Notes under the pieces: generated by a model | Told to the model about the DNA's origin: nothing | The model's input: only the letters and a program-made list of their open reading frames with translations | Databases searched by the model: none | Shown here: positions 37,857-51,640 of the stretch, piece after piece | How positions within the stretch are numbered: position 1 is the stretch's first letter | How the letters are laid out: each line of letters starts with the position of its first letter | Translations under genes and position numbers: made by a program | Source: Lingula anatina | Lineage: Eukaryota; Animalia; Brachiopoda | DNA: 64,000 bases | Direction of reading: 5' to 3' | Assembly (NCBI GenBank): GCA_051362555.1 | Contig: CM120640.1 | Location: 51,438,788-51,502,787, forward strand

Positions 37857-39741
37857 GGGGTTATACCATCTTGTGGAAGTGTCCTCGTGATGATTCTAAA
37901 AGTTTGACACTCATTTTTTCAAACAAATTTCAGTAATACCATCCCCTGGCTATCTCAGTCTGACAAAAGAACGTCTAGAACCCATTACCATCGGCTGCAG
38001 GGTGTCGTCCAAGCTCACCCCTTATCAGTATAAGCCGATAAAATGGTATTTCAAAGATCAACCCATAAAAGCATCCCATGGCTGGCATCAAGGGAAATAT
38101 CACACATTTGACCAAAACAACACCTTAGTCATCAAGTATGCAGGTAAATGTATTTCTTAAGTTTCGTTTTTACTTGTATATTTATTTTCCTACCATATCT
38201 TTTTCGTTCAAACTTACTGTATTCAAATCTAAAATTTTAAAATAACCGAATTTCATGAAAAACAGTAGTTTAGATAATGGGAATTGTTCTTTAATCATAA
38301 ACCTATGTAGCTGTGTAGATGTATCACTTATTGTAATTTTAGAAGAAGCTGACGCTGGGGATTATACTTGTACACTTAGATTGAATGAAGTGAACGAAAC
38401 ATTGAGGCAAACTGTAAGCGTTTATGGTAAGACTTAAAGTGTAATATTTAAAAGGAGACTTTTTACCAGTGACAGGATAAAATGCAATTTTGACAATAGT
38501 TAACAGCCGAAAGTGTGCAATTGAATTCTGAATAGGCGAAACTCTATTCGATTTTTTCATCTTTAATTTCAAATATCCTTACCTTTATTGTCTTATATTC
38601 TTCTCACAGTGCTTCCATTAGTAGAGAGCTTCGAAAGTGAAGAGATCAGAGTGACAGAGGGAGACGGGATGACACTGCAATGCAGAATCCGGGGAGACGG
38701 AATTCAACATGTTAAGTGGTTAAAGGGCAATTCCTCGTTGACTGTAGACGGGCGGGTTGAGCTGGGGGCCTTTCGCTCTTATCAAAACGCTTCTCTTCAC
38801 GTGAAAACTGTTGCCATGAACGATTCCGGAAGTTATTTCTGTTATGTGGAGAACAGCTATGGGGCTTCATCAACGAGGTCGATAAACGTGGTCGTATTAG
38901 GTACGGAGAGTACTCCATGATATCTTATTTGATTTCAAGATCTAATGTTACACATACACATAATGTGTTGTATTGAGTACATCTGCTATACGGATTATAG
39001 ATGTCGTTTTGTTGTGAATATAGGTAATGCTATGCACGTACTTTAATCAGATGCAGATTACCAAGTCTTGTCGATCGATAAACGGATTGTTGTTGATCCT
39101 AGAAATGTTAATCGGCTGCTGTGCTACTTTCATGGGCAAAAAGTAGTATTCATAATTTACACATCTCATACTTTATATCATTTCCCTTACAGACTGGTAT
39201 GCTGCTGTCTGGGTTTTTTTAGGAATCGTTGCTGAAGTTTTCCTTTTAGCGATAATTGCAAATATTTATGATAGATACCTCACCAGGGAATTAAAGAAAA
39301 ATGAAAGAGAACAAGAGAAACTAGTTCTGGGGAAATCGTAAGTTTTTTGAAAGCGCTCGTGTAACCCACTAGTGAATAGAATTTATTTCCTGTTAAATTT
39401 ACGCACACTTGAATATTTATGTCCAGAATATATTGATTCCATTTAATTTACCTATGTTCTTTTCCATTCTGTGACAACCCCCTCACCTGTGCCCCCCCCC
39501 CTCCCGGACAATTCCTACCTTATCACATTAAATAGCCCACAACTACAATCAAAAGTTTGAGGACTTTCATGGATTAAATATAAATAGAAATGTTTTTGGT
39601 GTATTGAAATGCCATTTGCCAACTGGATTAATTATCAGAAAAAATACCAAGTGTTCTTTTTTGAAATTTTTGGGAATCTTTAATATGAATTTTCATTATT
39701 CCAGGCTGGCTAACACAGAACAGGGCAGTGCCAAAGCATAG
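36285..39741 (+). CDS. Diverged tandem basigin/neuroplastin-like paralogue, 3 Ig + TM, 387 aa
   Basis: Exons 36285-36372 (signal-like), 36942-37250, 37934-38143, 38343-38426, 38610-38900, 39193-39337 (DWYAAVWVFLGIVAEVFLLAIIANIYDRY), 39705-39741 (LANTEQGSAKA*). Ig exon sizes 309/210/84/291 versus 306/210/87/291 in the upstream copy, with identical phases. Open frame throughout. Confidence 0.88.
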
Positions 39742-40448
39742 AAAGGAGAGACATGCCAAGACACGATGTGCCAATAAAAAATTGTTGCGATAATCAGCCG
39801 ACTTGCATTTGAGCAGGTATGAAATGAAAACTGCGACTTGCTAGGATATCCATGTAACATTGCATCACTCAAATGGCTCAAGATTTTTGCATTATTTTTG
39901 GTCTTGCTGCATTCGACTATACCAGTATAGCGTCCATATCTATTGAAACACTAGCTGCAGCACCTGATTTCGATCATCATTTTTTCTCTTCCACAATACA
40001 ACACGAATGTGTCATTTCACCGGCCATCAACTAAATCGGCTACTTAATTGACAATCCTCCTTTGTGCATTTGAAAGGATTATACTGACTTTATTGAACTC
40101 ACTCTTAAGCGCATTTTTTTTACCAATACTAATTTTTATAACTTTAAATGTATGGTTTAGGCTCTATTTTTATGTCTTCTTTAATTTTGTATATGTTCCT
40201 TTAGATGTTTTCTGTTTATTTTGCTATCGTTCGTTTAGTTGTTTTTAAACTGAAAGATTTATCTTTATCTTTGCCTTTATTCATACTTCCATAGTGCCTG
40301 AACATTAAAAGTTTTCACAGAAGAATCCTACTCGTTACATTTGCATCAATCGGAATTTAGGAAGTAGGCTATATTTCATGACTACATGAATATTTCAGTA
40401 CCATATTTCATCCGTAAGCTGCAAACGTTTTAAATTTATTGTTCTTAA

Positions 40449-40488
<40 letters not shown>

Positions 40489-40691
40489 CGTAAGGTAGCG
40501 TTCATATTTTTGAATAATTGTTGACAATAGATAAATACATGGATTTAAAAAGAATGCGTTTTTTCCATGACTGTTAAACGTAAAGACCGGTAAAAAGGCT
40601 TAGCAGCACGTAGATGTTATTTCTTAGACGTACTGCTCTTGCGTCTTCTTCAAATGTAACTTTATTCTTCGTCTCGTCATTTTTCTACTCC

Positions 40692-43600
40692 TCAGCCAAG
40701 AATGTTTGTTTCTCCGTTTAAAGTTCTTGTGATTTCGCTAGGAGATAGAACGCGGTCGTAGACTTGAACCTAAAGAATAATAAATAATAACAATAATACA
40801 TTTATTTTAAGTCTTTAAGTCAAATCTCTTAAAAAGACTTTACACCAAAAACAAGTACTTAAGAACACAATTACCAATATACAGGGTTACTATTTAATAT
40901 GGAATATTTTTTATCATTGTTATTTTTGAGTGTCGATTAATTTTTTTTGGACTTGATTCATCAAAAAAGTATGTCATTGAGTGATAAAAATATCCAGTCT
41001 TCTATTATGAGATATTTTGGTCAATAATATCAAATCTGACATAAGATCTCATTCAAAAGAAAAGAACACCCCCAGAAAAAACCATATCTACAGTTTGATG
41101 TCAGTATTAATTTAGAGCTAAGATATTAAAGAAAATTATAGCCTACGGACAGTGATATGTTACACAGTCAAAGGAATCATTACAGTAAATTATGAAAAGT
41201 CATCAACAGCGGGTACGGCCTCCAGCAGCCGCTTGCAGCGCCCTCATCCTACATGGCATACCCTGTGACAATTTTTTTAGATGATGGGGATATCATTCCA
41301 CGCATTGATATTTGCCTGTCGCAGTTCATTACTATTTACCGGCCGATGACCATAGCTATTAATTCTGTGAGTTACTGCCGACCACAGATTTTCAAATGGG
41401 TTCATATCTGGGGAGTTTGCAGGCCAGGGCAGTTGCTGAACCCATTGGTTTCGAAGAAAAACAGTGATTCTGAGCGCTCGGTGTGAGTTTGTGCAGTCGT
41501 ATTGGTACACAAAGTTGTTCCTGAAGATGGCTCTTACAGATTAAAGCATTGTTTGCTGTACAATGTCTCTGTAGGAACCCTGGTTGAGGTTGCCTCCTAG
41601 AAAAACAAAATGGTTCTGGGCACCGGCATGAAAATTTCCCCAAACAGAGACGTTACCACCCCCTGCTTGCACCCTAGGCAGTACACAATCATCGTTTTAT
41701 GCCTCTCGTACACGTCGGCGGACAGGGATTCGACCGTCAACCCTAAAAACTCCATATCTAGCCTAATCACCGAAAACGACGTGATTCAAGTGTTTTGGCT
41801 GCAAACGCACGTGGTCCCCAGCCCATTGCATACGTCGCTGTATATGACATGCTGTTAACAGTGGTTTCCCTACTGGTCTTCGTGCAAAATACCGGCTTGC
41901 AGTAATCTCTTGTTCACGAGGGACCTGGAAACGTGGGACCTGAGGACACTGGCTGTCTTTGTACGACCAGCACGGCGCACTCTTAGGAGAAGGCGATCTT
42001 GTCTTCTTGGTGTGATACGCGGACACCCTGGTCGAGGTATTGGAGTAGGTGCCCCTGTTGTAGCATTTCATTGGAGAACTTAACTAACGGTTCCTGATAA
42101 ATGTTGCATTGCCTGGCAATGGCTGTCCTTTTCTGGCCATTTTCTCTGAGAGCAAGCATTCCATAGTAAGATGCGTTGCTTAGCTGTCGAACCATATCTT
42201 CTCTAAGGTACCTGTCAAGTTTCAGAGCGATCTCTTTGTTGCTTCTCTACATACACTCCAAAGATTGGTCAAACCCATGCGTTTTTATACAAGGGCAGAA
42301 ATTGCCGAAAAGACCACCCCTCACATTTCTGACCACAGAACATGCAACTGCATGCATCAATTGTTCCGAGAGTTGTGTGGTAATTAGGTAACACACCTAG
42401 CTACACATGGAGTGACACCTCAGTTTTGGATTTAAAGTATTTGGAGAGAAAATAAATATTTTGTAGAAAATTTACTCGCCAAAAAATAATATTCCATAGT
42501 AAGTAGTAACCCTATATAAAGAACCTAATTCGCACATAAAACCAATTAAAATAAAGATAATCAATAAGAAAAAATTCTAAAAAAGTTTTTTGACTCTTTC
42601 TTAGACAAAAAAGACAAGAGGACAAACCATATATATATATATATAATCGTGTGGATTTAAAAAATCAGATAAGATTATTCCAGATCTTCAAAGAAAACAG
42701 TTCAAACTCTGAAACGGTTTGAAAGCTACGAAATTCATTATGATTTCGTAACGTGACAGAGAGCCCCCCATAACAGAGAGTCCGCTTCCCATTCATTTGT
42801 ACAGGTGAGCCTCGCCCTAGATTTTGACCCACTTAGATCAGGTTAACCCTTACTATATGGAGGGAAGACTTTCTGTCACACGGACCCTCAGTTTCGTTAC
42901 ACCGGCACCGGAAGGTCGTGAAGGAGGGCTACAACCATGAATTTTTATTCATTAAATACAATAAAAGAAACAGAGTAATAAACGTACATCGTCTATCCAT
43001 CCAAGAAATCCCAATGAGCAGCCGTTGTTACAAAACAACCCCCCTCCTATATTCAGAGGTGCAGGGGTTGTGGCAAGGTACCCTAAAATATTGACAGCAT
43101 GCATCCTATGATATTTATTTACAACATTACGTAGAAATCATAAGCATGCAAACTCAGTAAATGCTAATACTCAGTGAGTGCACGAAGGTGAAACCTAAGT
43201 AATGACACTCTCATCACAGGAAAATATCTCAACTGAAATTGTTAAATGAATTTTTTCAATCCAAGGAACAAATTTTGAAAGACGGAAGATTTCCTTACCA
43301 TAGAGAAAACTTCCCTTGGAGTATTCGTTGCTGCCATCTTTGATATAAAGTGCCAAACTACCATATTTATATGTCAGCACTACCCCTACAACATGAGAAC
43401 TAGTCGGAAGCTGAAAATGTGAAAAAATGTTGTTCACACATACAATACCTGTTTACTTTTGTGCGTATATGCCAATGTGTACGCTGATGCCGGTACACAT
43501 ACTTATATGCATAGGAATAACTTACCTCCAATATTTAGCTGTTGATTTCAATATTCAGTTGTTGATTGACGAAAAAGTTACTTTATTCTTATAACATATT

Positions 43601-46600
43601 ATAACATATTATTCTTATAACTGATGAAATTACTCTCTGACTTATATGCATAGGGTGTTCAAAATTTTATTTCACCAACTTTGTTTCATGATTTTTCTCC
43701 AAAAAACTTCCCAGGGAATGTAGCTTAAAGTTCTATCTTTGGTGCGTAAATGGATTGCGTTGGAGACATTTCACAAGAAAGAAAACTTTGGAGTCCTGTC
43801 AGTGACGCCCACACTTTGTGTAATATTTGCACAATTTTGACCTTGCCCTATTATATTTTCTGTTTTATACTATTAAAACATGCGATATGTAGAGAAATTA
43901 AGAAGTGGCATGAAAAAGTTGTTCCAATATTTCACATAATGTCTGCGCTACTGACGCAACTCAAATATCCCCTTTTTGTAGAATGATCCTACTTGAATTT
44001 ACGATGTATCTCATGGACGCTACAATTCTTAACTCAATCCGCTATATATGCAGACAGCAATTGTTTATCCATTGGAACGGTTACACAAGAGAGTCTGACA
44101 TTGTATTCAGTGGCATGTGTTGTGTCAAAAGGGTGGCATAAATCACAAGTTTGAGAAATTTAAATTTCTAAAAAATTGTAATTTGGTAATCAATATAAAT
44201 TCTTTAACCACCCAATATACTACCTTTCAACACGCAAGAGGTATGCCCTTTCAACTGACTATGATACTTTGATAAAATAACTTTTGACCATGACATTTTG
44301 ATTTAAAATACATTATTTACCTCTAAATTGGCGGTTTGTGGAGAGTACCCACCACTTCGAACACGACACCGAAGTATTTTGCCGTGGGTGTAGAATCGGA
44401 TTGAAGGCGGGTATTCACAGTTGCCATTGTTAATCAGCTCTCTGTCTTCGTTTTTAATGGGCTCTTCTGGTTTGTACCGGAAGGTAACTGTCAAGTAATT
44501 TCCCCAGTTATACAAGTTGAACCTAGATATTTCAAGTCCTCCTAAAATTCAAAGAAAGTTCGATTTGAGAAAAGGTAAAAATGTTAAATGTCGATGTAAT
44601 TCTGAGGAACCCTTTGAAGCCCAAAGTAACACAAGTCGTTCATGTAAAAAACTAGAACAAAGATAAAGATATAACAGAGACACTAAATTAATCAGGCAAT
44701 TCATTTTAACTCTTTTATGGAAAACGCCCACGCCACGTCTCCAGGAGACACCCCTTTACCTGACGGGGAAAGAGATCCAAATGTTGCCACGTGGGACCAG
44801 GATGGTTCCAATTTTATATGTACATCAACTGCATCAGCTGGCACAGCGTCTATTACGCTGATAAACGGCATGGGATACTCGAAGTCAAAAAGCACAATGG
44901 GACCCTTTGCTGGAAATATTAAATTTCAAAGTCAAGTTACGACACAGTACAATACATTCCATTTAATCTTAGACACTGAAAGTCAAATATTTCACATGCC
45001 CACAAGGGGACGACTTCACATGAGAAATTATGATAATAATCAAGAAATCACTCCAACATTTACGGCATTTTTTGTCTATTTGTACAGGGTTTTGCGTGTA
45101 AAGGACAATATCAAAAAATTACTTTATCTATGTTTTCGTTGGACTACCTTGACTATACGCAATTGACTCGTTAACTGTGCAACATTCCATATATTCGAAG
45201 AAACCTTAGGCTCTCTGAATGATAATGGAACTGAAATACACATAAACACATAAACAAGGACATCTTATGAAATATTCTATTTGCAAACTTACGCTGTGCG
45301 ACACAAAGACATTTATCAGTATCCAGGATAACGGACTCATCCATGCTGCAGTAGTAGCGCTTCCAGCACGTATCTTCACAGTTCGTGGTCCAACACGACG
45401 AACAAATTCGATACACGTACAAATCAGGACGTGTTCTGTGACGGCATTTCGCCATGCCAGGTGTACAACAGCATCCTAAAATGATGTTTGCAAGATCCAT
45501 CCAAAAAGGTAAAATGCGTTGATGTTTAAGACATTCAAGCTATTTCCCATATGGGTTGAAGACATTCAGTTTTCAAAGCGTGAATGAATTTCTCAGCCGT
45601 TTGAAGAGTAACAGCTTACTCACCTGGCGGCCATGGGAAAGACCTCTTTTTTCGTTTCTTACTGACATCAGTTGCAAAATAGTCATCAAGGTCAGTGATT
45701 ATTTCACAACTCGTAGCAACTGGCCAGGTGGATCCTAAATTGAAATCAAAATGTCCATATTCTTAACAAATACATGTGAGATGTTTTAGTTTCAACAGTT
45801 TGGTAGACCATAGCAATGAAAATGCTCTTTTGTCACAAACTAATTACAAATTTTTATCATTCACGTGAAATATTTCGATGGGTCATCTGCTATATTTATA
45901 CCGTCCCCCCCCCCCCCCCCCCCCCCCCCCCCATGCGGGTGAGTGGATCTGTCTCTGTCTCTTAGGCTATCTGTTAAGATTGTTCGGTGTGCATTTTATC
46001 CATATGGCTTCTTTTATACCTCTGTTTCTCTAATCAATTTCCGTTTGTGGAAACTTAGCATTCTCCCAGTCCATGATATGGTTTTCCTGACCTGTGTGCT
46101 CCGTGATGGCTGATGACCACATTTCCTTTGTTTTCTTTGTTGTTCTATGGCGTAATTTTTCCTTCATTTCCTATTTCAACTTCTTCTCTGTGTTCTATGA
46201 CTCTAACGTATATATTTCTCTATGTTTCTCCAATGTATTGACTCTCACAACTTAAACAATAGGTAGAATAAACCCCTTCTGCTGGATTTCTCTGAGTCTT
46301 TTAAGCTCGACTATGTGACACGACGCCATCTGGATCTTATAAAAATATTGTAATGTATCTTTCTTATTATGGATAATGTGTTTCTAGAACAGACGTTCTA
46401 CCCTTTTAAGTACGAAACTACTATGTTGCACCATAAATGAAATAGCATTCATACTTGGCTTAGGATCAATCGATCATGATAAAAATTGATAATCTAAACA
46501 TACTTTCAAAGAGTATGTTTTTTAAATTGAATTTCCATATCAAATATTTCTGGACGACAAATCAGATATTTCGCCGCCCTTTAATCAGCCCAATGAAATA

Positions 46601-47567
46601 TGCCACACTCACCTCCCCACTTCGGTTGGCACTGTTGTGAGTACACATTACGTGCTTTGGCAGGTGTCAAAGGACCTTCGACGTCATTGAAAGGAGGCGT
46701 TTCGCTAACCAATCGACTTCCAATACATTGAGCTACCGAGCAATGGACACAAGTTGCCGCCCCTCTGTCATATAGAGTCCCAGGAGGACATTGCCTCTTG
46801 GCAGCTTTCACCAATGTTGTTCCTTTCTGCTGGTCTACCTCCGGAAGCGTACACTGCAAGTAATATTTGCAGTCGCAGGGAAACTCGTAGTGGCCAACGC
46901 CGTTTCTCTCCTCGATGCATTTTCGACAAAATTCTTAATTTCAATAAAAAAAAATGATTAGATAGATAAATAAGTTGATCATTGGACTTCAAATAATAAG
47001 GCAAAAAACAGACACCTTAACAACCCCATCTTCATTTGAGGAGGGACATTAAGAACGAATCTGCCATTAAAACTCCTTCAATTTAAGTTCAAACACGTGC
47101 GTAAGATTTCAGTCAATCTGACATGATACTTTGCTGATGAATTCAAATGTAATTTACCTCACTGATAATGTTTGTCATGGGTGTGCTAGCACTTGTTTTT
47201 CATCTTTTTTTTCCGCTGCTATTTTAGCTTGTCGGTTAAACATATCACTTACCGGTATATGGGCCATATTCATCAGCAGGAAGGTGGCATTTATTGGCTA
47301 TATCCTCAAGAGTGATAACTGCCTGATGAGACTGCGGTATCCAGGCCAAACAAACGAGAACTGCTGGAAAATATCAATCTCACATTTTTCACAGTTTCAG
47401 AAATTTAACCAAATTTTCTGGCATGTATTCCGACACAATATCTGTGTATATAGGCCTCTTTTTTGCTTAATGGCGTTATTACTAATCTCAGTTCGGATAA
47501 TTCGAAAAATCGAACTGTTTTAACTTATTTACTTACTACTGAGCGAAAAGCCCGGAAGCGCCAGCAT
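40692..47567 (-). CDS. Secreted chitin-binding (ChtBD2) + Cys-rich module + laminin G protein (LamG3/Pif family), 470 aa
   Basis: Exons 47567-47537, 47363-47253 (signal MLALPGFSLSTVLVCLAWIPQSHQA), 46933-46613 (EFCRKCIEERNGVGHYEFPCDC...CPPGTLYDRGAATC), 45734-45624 (KKRKKRS), 45475-45293, 44909-44760, 44541-44321 (NNGNCEYPPSI), 43410-43299, 43082-42988 (FLGWIDD), 40769-40692 (VQVYDRVLSPSEI...*). Total 1413 nt, in phase. Confidence 0.88.
40882..42514 (-). mobile_element. Tc1/mariner transposon, end-intact with a frameshifted transposase, in the last intron of the LamG3-like gene
   Basis: About 30-bp TIRs TA|CAGGGTTACTATTTAATATGGAATATT and AATATTCCATAGTAAGTAGTAACCCTA|TA with TA TSD. Minus-strand fragments include HTH-like RTAIARQCN, HVVFGD and WPANSPDMNPFENLW. 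Confidence 0.92.
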
Positions 47568-50500
47568 CGTCTTTGCTCCAAAATAGCGTGTATTCTAAAC
47601 ATTGTGATTGAATGAGTTTTGCTAAGTATGAATAAAAACTACATTAAAAAGCATATAGATACGCATTTTTATTATGACAATCATATCACCTCGGAGGTTA
47701 CTACATTTAAATCAAAACCTGTATGGAACCGTTGTTACTGCGTGAAATATGCGGATATTATTCAAATTGCTGCAGCTGCAGGCGCCTCTGTCGCAACCAT
47801 GAATTCAGCCGTCGCAATTAGAAAACTAGATTTTAATATATTCAGTCGTTTCTATCTATATCCAAACCACTCAACCACTGGTTTTGTTAACGAAAACAAC
47901 TTTGAAGTCTTCTGGCATGGAAAAAATCTCTTTAAGACACTCTATGAGAATTTTTGCGTTTAAATTTTTTTCCAAACGTCTTGATGTAAAAATCACTCAG
48001 AAGTTATGAAATACTTGATTAGGGCATCCAATAAATATTTAGCGTGTCGTGGCAAATTGATCAAATTGATCTAAAAATGGCTTCCATCTAAAATGACACT
48101 TGATCGTCTACATCTCACTACCACGGAAAATAAACCTTTACTATGGAAAAATTCAGAAAACTTGGCTCTGTGTTTGTGTGGCATTTCATAGTGGCATTCT
48201 GTATGTTTTTAGTGATCTAAGGTTGTTTTTAAAGAACTGTTTTAATGAAAAAAAATAACTGTTCAACCATAATTTTCCTGAATCAACGTCACTGTACACC
48301 ACAAAGATCGCCAGGGAATTAGAAATAAACGTTCAAAATACATTAAAATGTTTCAGTGTACTGAAATTCAGCTAGCCACATTAGTTATGTCTCCTCCATC
48401 TCAGTGTACCACAAACATCATAGTCCCATTCATAACAAGAGAGAAGGCTACAAAGACTATCGATTGTTCGTGATTTGGCCAAACAAGGCCGCTTTTATAA
48501 TATATATAACTCACTATCCTGATAATTTTAACAATAATAACAATGTAGCAAATTGTTGCCTGCATTAAATGTTATGGCCTTAGGGATAAAAATTATATAT
48601 GAAATATTCAATAAGACTCATCATCCTAAAAATTATGATGTGACGAGTCAGCAAAAGTTATTATTTTCAAACAATTTTGCACAAATTTATTACTTTCTCT
48701 ATGTCTGACTTTCATCACCAAAAGTTTTTGAAATAAGAAAACTTCGTTTTCTACATAAGCTTGAATTTGTCAAAATCAGCACAGCAGAGTGAATTAGCAT
48801 TAAACATAAGTCCATGTGTCGAGTTGAAAAGGTAAAGGTATCACCACGCGAATTCAGTCCTACGCAATTCTTCTCTTCAAACTAATCGATGACTCAACTT
48901 CTTTTTTAAGAGACACAAAACCACATGGGTAGATATTACCTCTAATTCGATACACAATTAGCTTGAGGTGCATAAATTAGCATTTATAGCCAGTTTACCT
49001 GAAATTGTATTTCAAATGGGGATTGGGTAAGGTGAGAGAACTTGTATGTTAGTAGGTGGTAATTTCTGGGCTTTTTGTCACTTTAGCCATTAAAAATGGA
49101 GATGAAAATTAATGGCAACATCATTTGCGCCGAAGTGCATAACATTTGTGCCTTTTTGGCAACAAAAACACGAAGTAAGAAGCGAATGACTTTACTGTTT
49201 GACCACGACTGAGTCGTACATGCACCTAGTGTTCTTATTTCAGGTAAAACCATGAACTACTGGGTAGCATGTACATGTACCAGTGAAGACTAGTGTCACT
49301 TATGTTCTAGTTCGATCATTTCCCCCTTTTTTGTATACTGACTGATATACAATTCATATGCTTCTTTTGTCCCCTTAAGGAGAGCATATCATACAATGTG
49401 CCATTTGCCCTCTTTTCTTGCTCTTGGTTAAACCTTGTTTAAAAAATTACGATCAAGTGCATGAAGTTACGATTTTTTAATGTAGTCCCTCCCAATCTCA
49501 GTTGGAAACATTTTCATAATAAACTGATTACCAATATGGTAGAGAGATAAGAAGGAAAGACGAGAAACAAATGGATTGTTCTTGCTTTCATTAAAAATAT
49601 TGATTTAATTTATAAATCATACTGTATTCGGTGTTACATAGCGAGCTAACTCAACCAGGCAGGCGGAAACACCGGTTACTTCGCCTGACTCCAGTCCCCA
49701 CGAACATTAACTCCAATTAAGAAAGAAGTTTATGCTAAATAAAATGTGGCTCGTTCTACAAGGTACCTGATTTAGATGTGGGTAAATTATCCCAAATTTT
49801 GTGGTGGCACGCATATTAATTCTGTGGAAAGCATATCCAAGTGCCATTAATTCTGCTCTGCTGAGCAGCTTGTCATTAGTAATTACAATGCAAAGACATT
49901 TCAGAACTGGTCATGGGTTTTAAATGGGAGGTGCTTGGGAACCGGCAAAGTAATGTATCCTCCTCCTCTCACAATCAAGCAATTTTTCCTTAAAATTTGC
50001 ACACAGCAGTCGCGTGGCGTCTCATATCTTGTCAGTGTATAAAGTTGCCAACTTTGAAAAATCAAATGCCATACTACTTTATGCAAAATGATACAAAAAT
50101 ATGAAAAGAATGCACATAAACAGTGCACTTCTGGTGTTGTTCTAACTTTGGGACAAAGGTGTTATTAGATGCCACAGTGAAGATAAAAAATAATTCTTAC
50201 AGACTTATATTTTATCAGTATCGTTCTTTCATTTATTTGGTGTGATTTATTTGATCACTAGTTGTGCTCAGTAGGTTGTTTTCTGTAAAAGATTGCTACA
50301 ATAAGACGTTTTTCCACTGAAACAGTGATCGGAAATCGAACGTATTCCATCCTGCTAAAACCACCTGGCCTGTTTTGTACCTTCAAAATATACGTTACCC
50401 CGTTTTTATGATTTTTAAGAAAAAATTCTTGGATATCAAGAATAAACTACCTGCTAACCACGACACAAGAATTGTAATCTGAACACATTTGTGATTGAGC

Positions 50501-51640
50501 GTCTCATTCAAATTTGACACCGAAAAAAATTATCAGCGGCGCAAACATTAAGGAAACATCACCTCCAGTGCTAAAATGGCTCCATTTTAAAAGACAGAAT
50601 ATAAAAATTATCACACTTGTAACCGTTACTTTTCAAATTTAGCTTTGTTATTTAATTTGAGATGGAGATCATCAAAATGTTTGACTGGCGGATATTTGAT
50701 CAGAGTGCTAGAATAGCTTTCTGATTTTTTTTTGTTTGGCAACACTTGTGCATAAGATAAGTCTGAAATAAGTCGCAAAGTTTACTAACAGAAATATTAA
50801 CACCCAATTTACACCACCGAGTTTGTAAGGTGGCATCCAAGGGTTCTCGATGGTCTCCAAAGGCGTCTCCAACACTTGTCATCTGTCGCCTGGGGGGGGG
50901 GGGGGGGTCGAGTTTGAAAAAGCCAAAGGTTTGAGTGCTAGTGCTTTCTGTCAAACGTCAAAATCGTTGCAAGAAATTAGCTTAGTTTTAATATGTGCTC
51001 TGTAGCAGACAAACCGATTTCTCACTACACCATGACAACATTAATAGCGGATAAATATTGTTTATCATGCTCTTGCACGTGATCAGATGTTTCTTCAGGA
51101 CAAGCTGAGGGCAGCCCTAACCAATCAGCACTCCGGCTGTCCACGGGCTGCTTAACACTGAGGACAGTAAAACACGGGTCAACGAACGCCAATCGATGGT
51201 GTCAGTTAAACCAATTAAATTGATGCGGACCCGAAAAAATGTCACCCGAAGTGACACACTGGGCGTAGTACATTAAAAACCTTGTCCGTTTAACTATTTT
51301 GGTACCATGGTTAGCCGGCTGCTGACTTAGTATTAATTTAATTATGTTACATTATTCTATAATTTAGATACTATCCGGTGAAGCTCTGGTTCCTTTTTCC
51401 TTTCTACGGTCTGAGTATTTACCCCTGTATGTCAAACCACTATTTCACTTTTCAGACACATAAAGAAAGACTTTATGTGAAATAAATAGGTCTAGTCGGT
51501 AAAATTAACGTTCGATTTAAAACTTTGAGTGGTGGGGTATTTCATAAATGGGAATTCCTCAAACCAGTAGATGCGTTAATTAAGAAATCCATGACTAAAT
51601 GCATCAACCACAACATTTTATCACCTGGCTCAGGCTGCTC

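Noticed and set aside
42748-42901. Weak inverted repeat (GTAACG...CGTTAC)
   Set aside because: Arms are too degenerate and lack a TSD; probably an old MITE but not supportable.
43525-43600. Strong minus-strand donor (GAG|GTAAGT) with FFVNQQL-like text
   Set aside because: It has a stop codon in the plausible frame; exon 43410-43299 already supplies this LamG strand.
47014-47060. AG...GT-bounded segment in intron 2 of the minus-strand LamG3-like gene
   Set aside because: It has an in-frame stop in the required phase, and the flanking exons join correctly without it.
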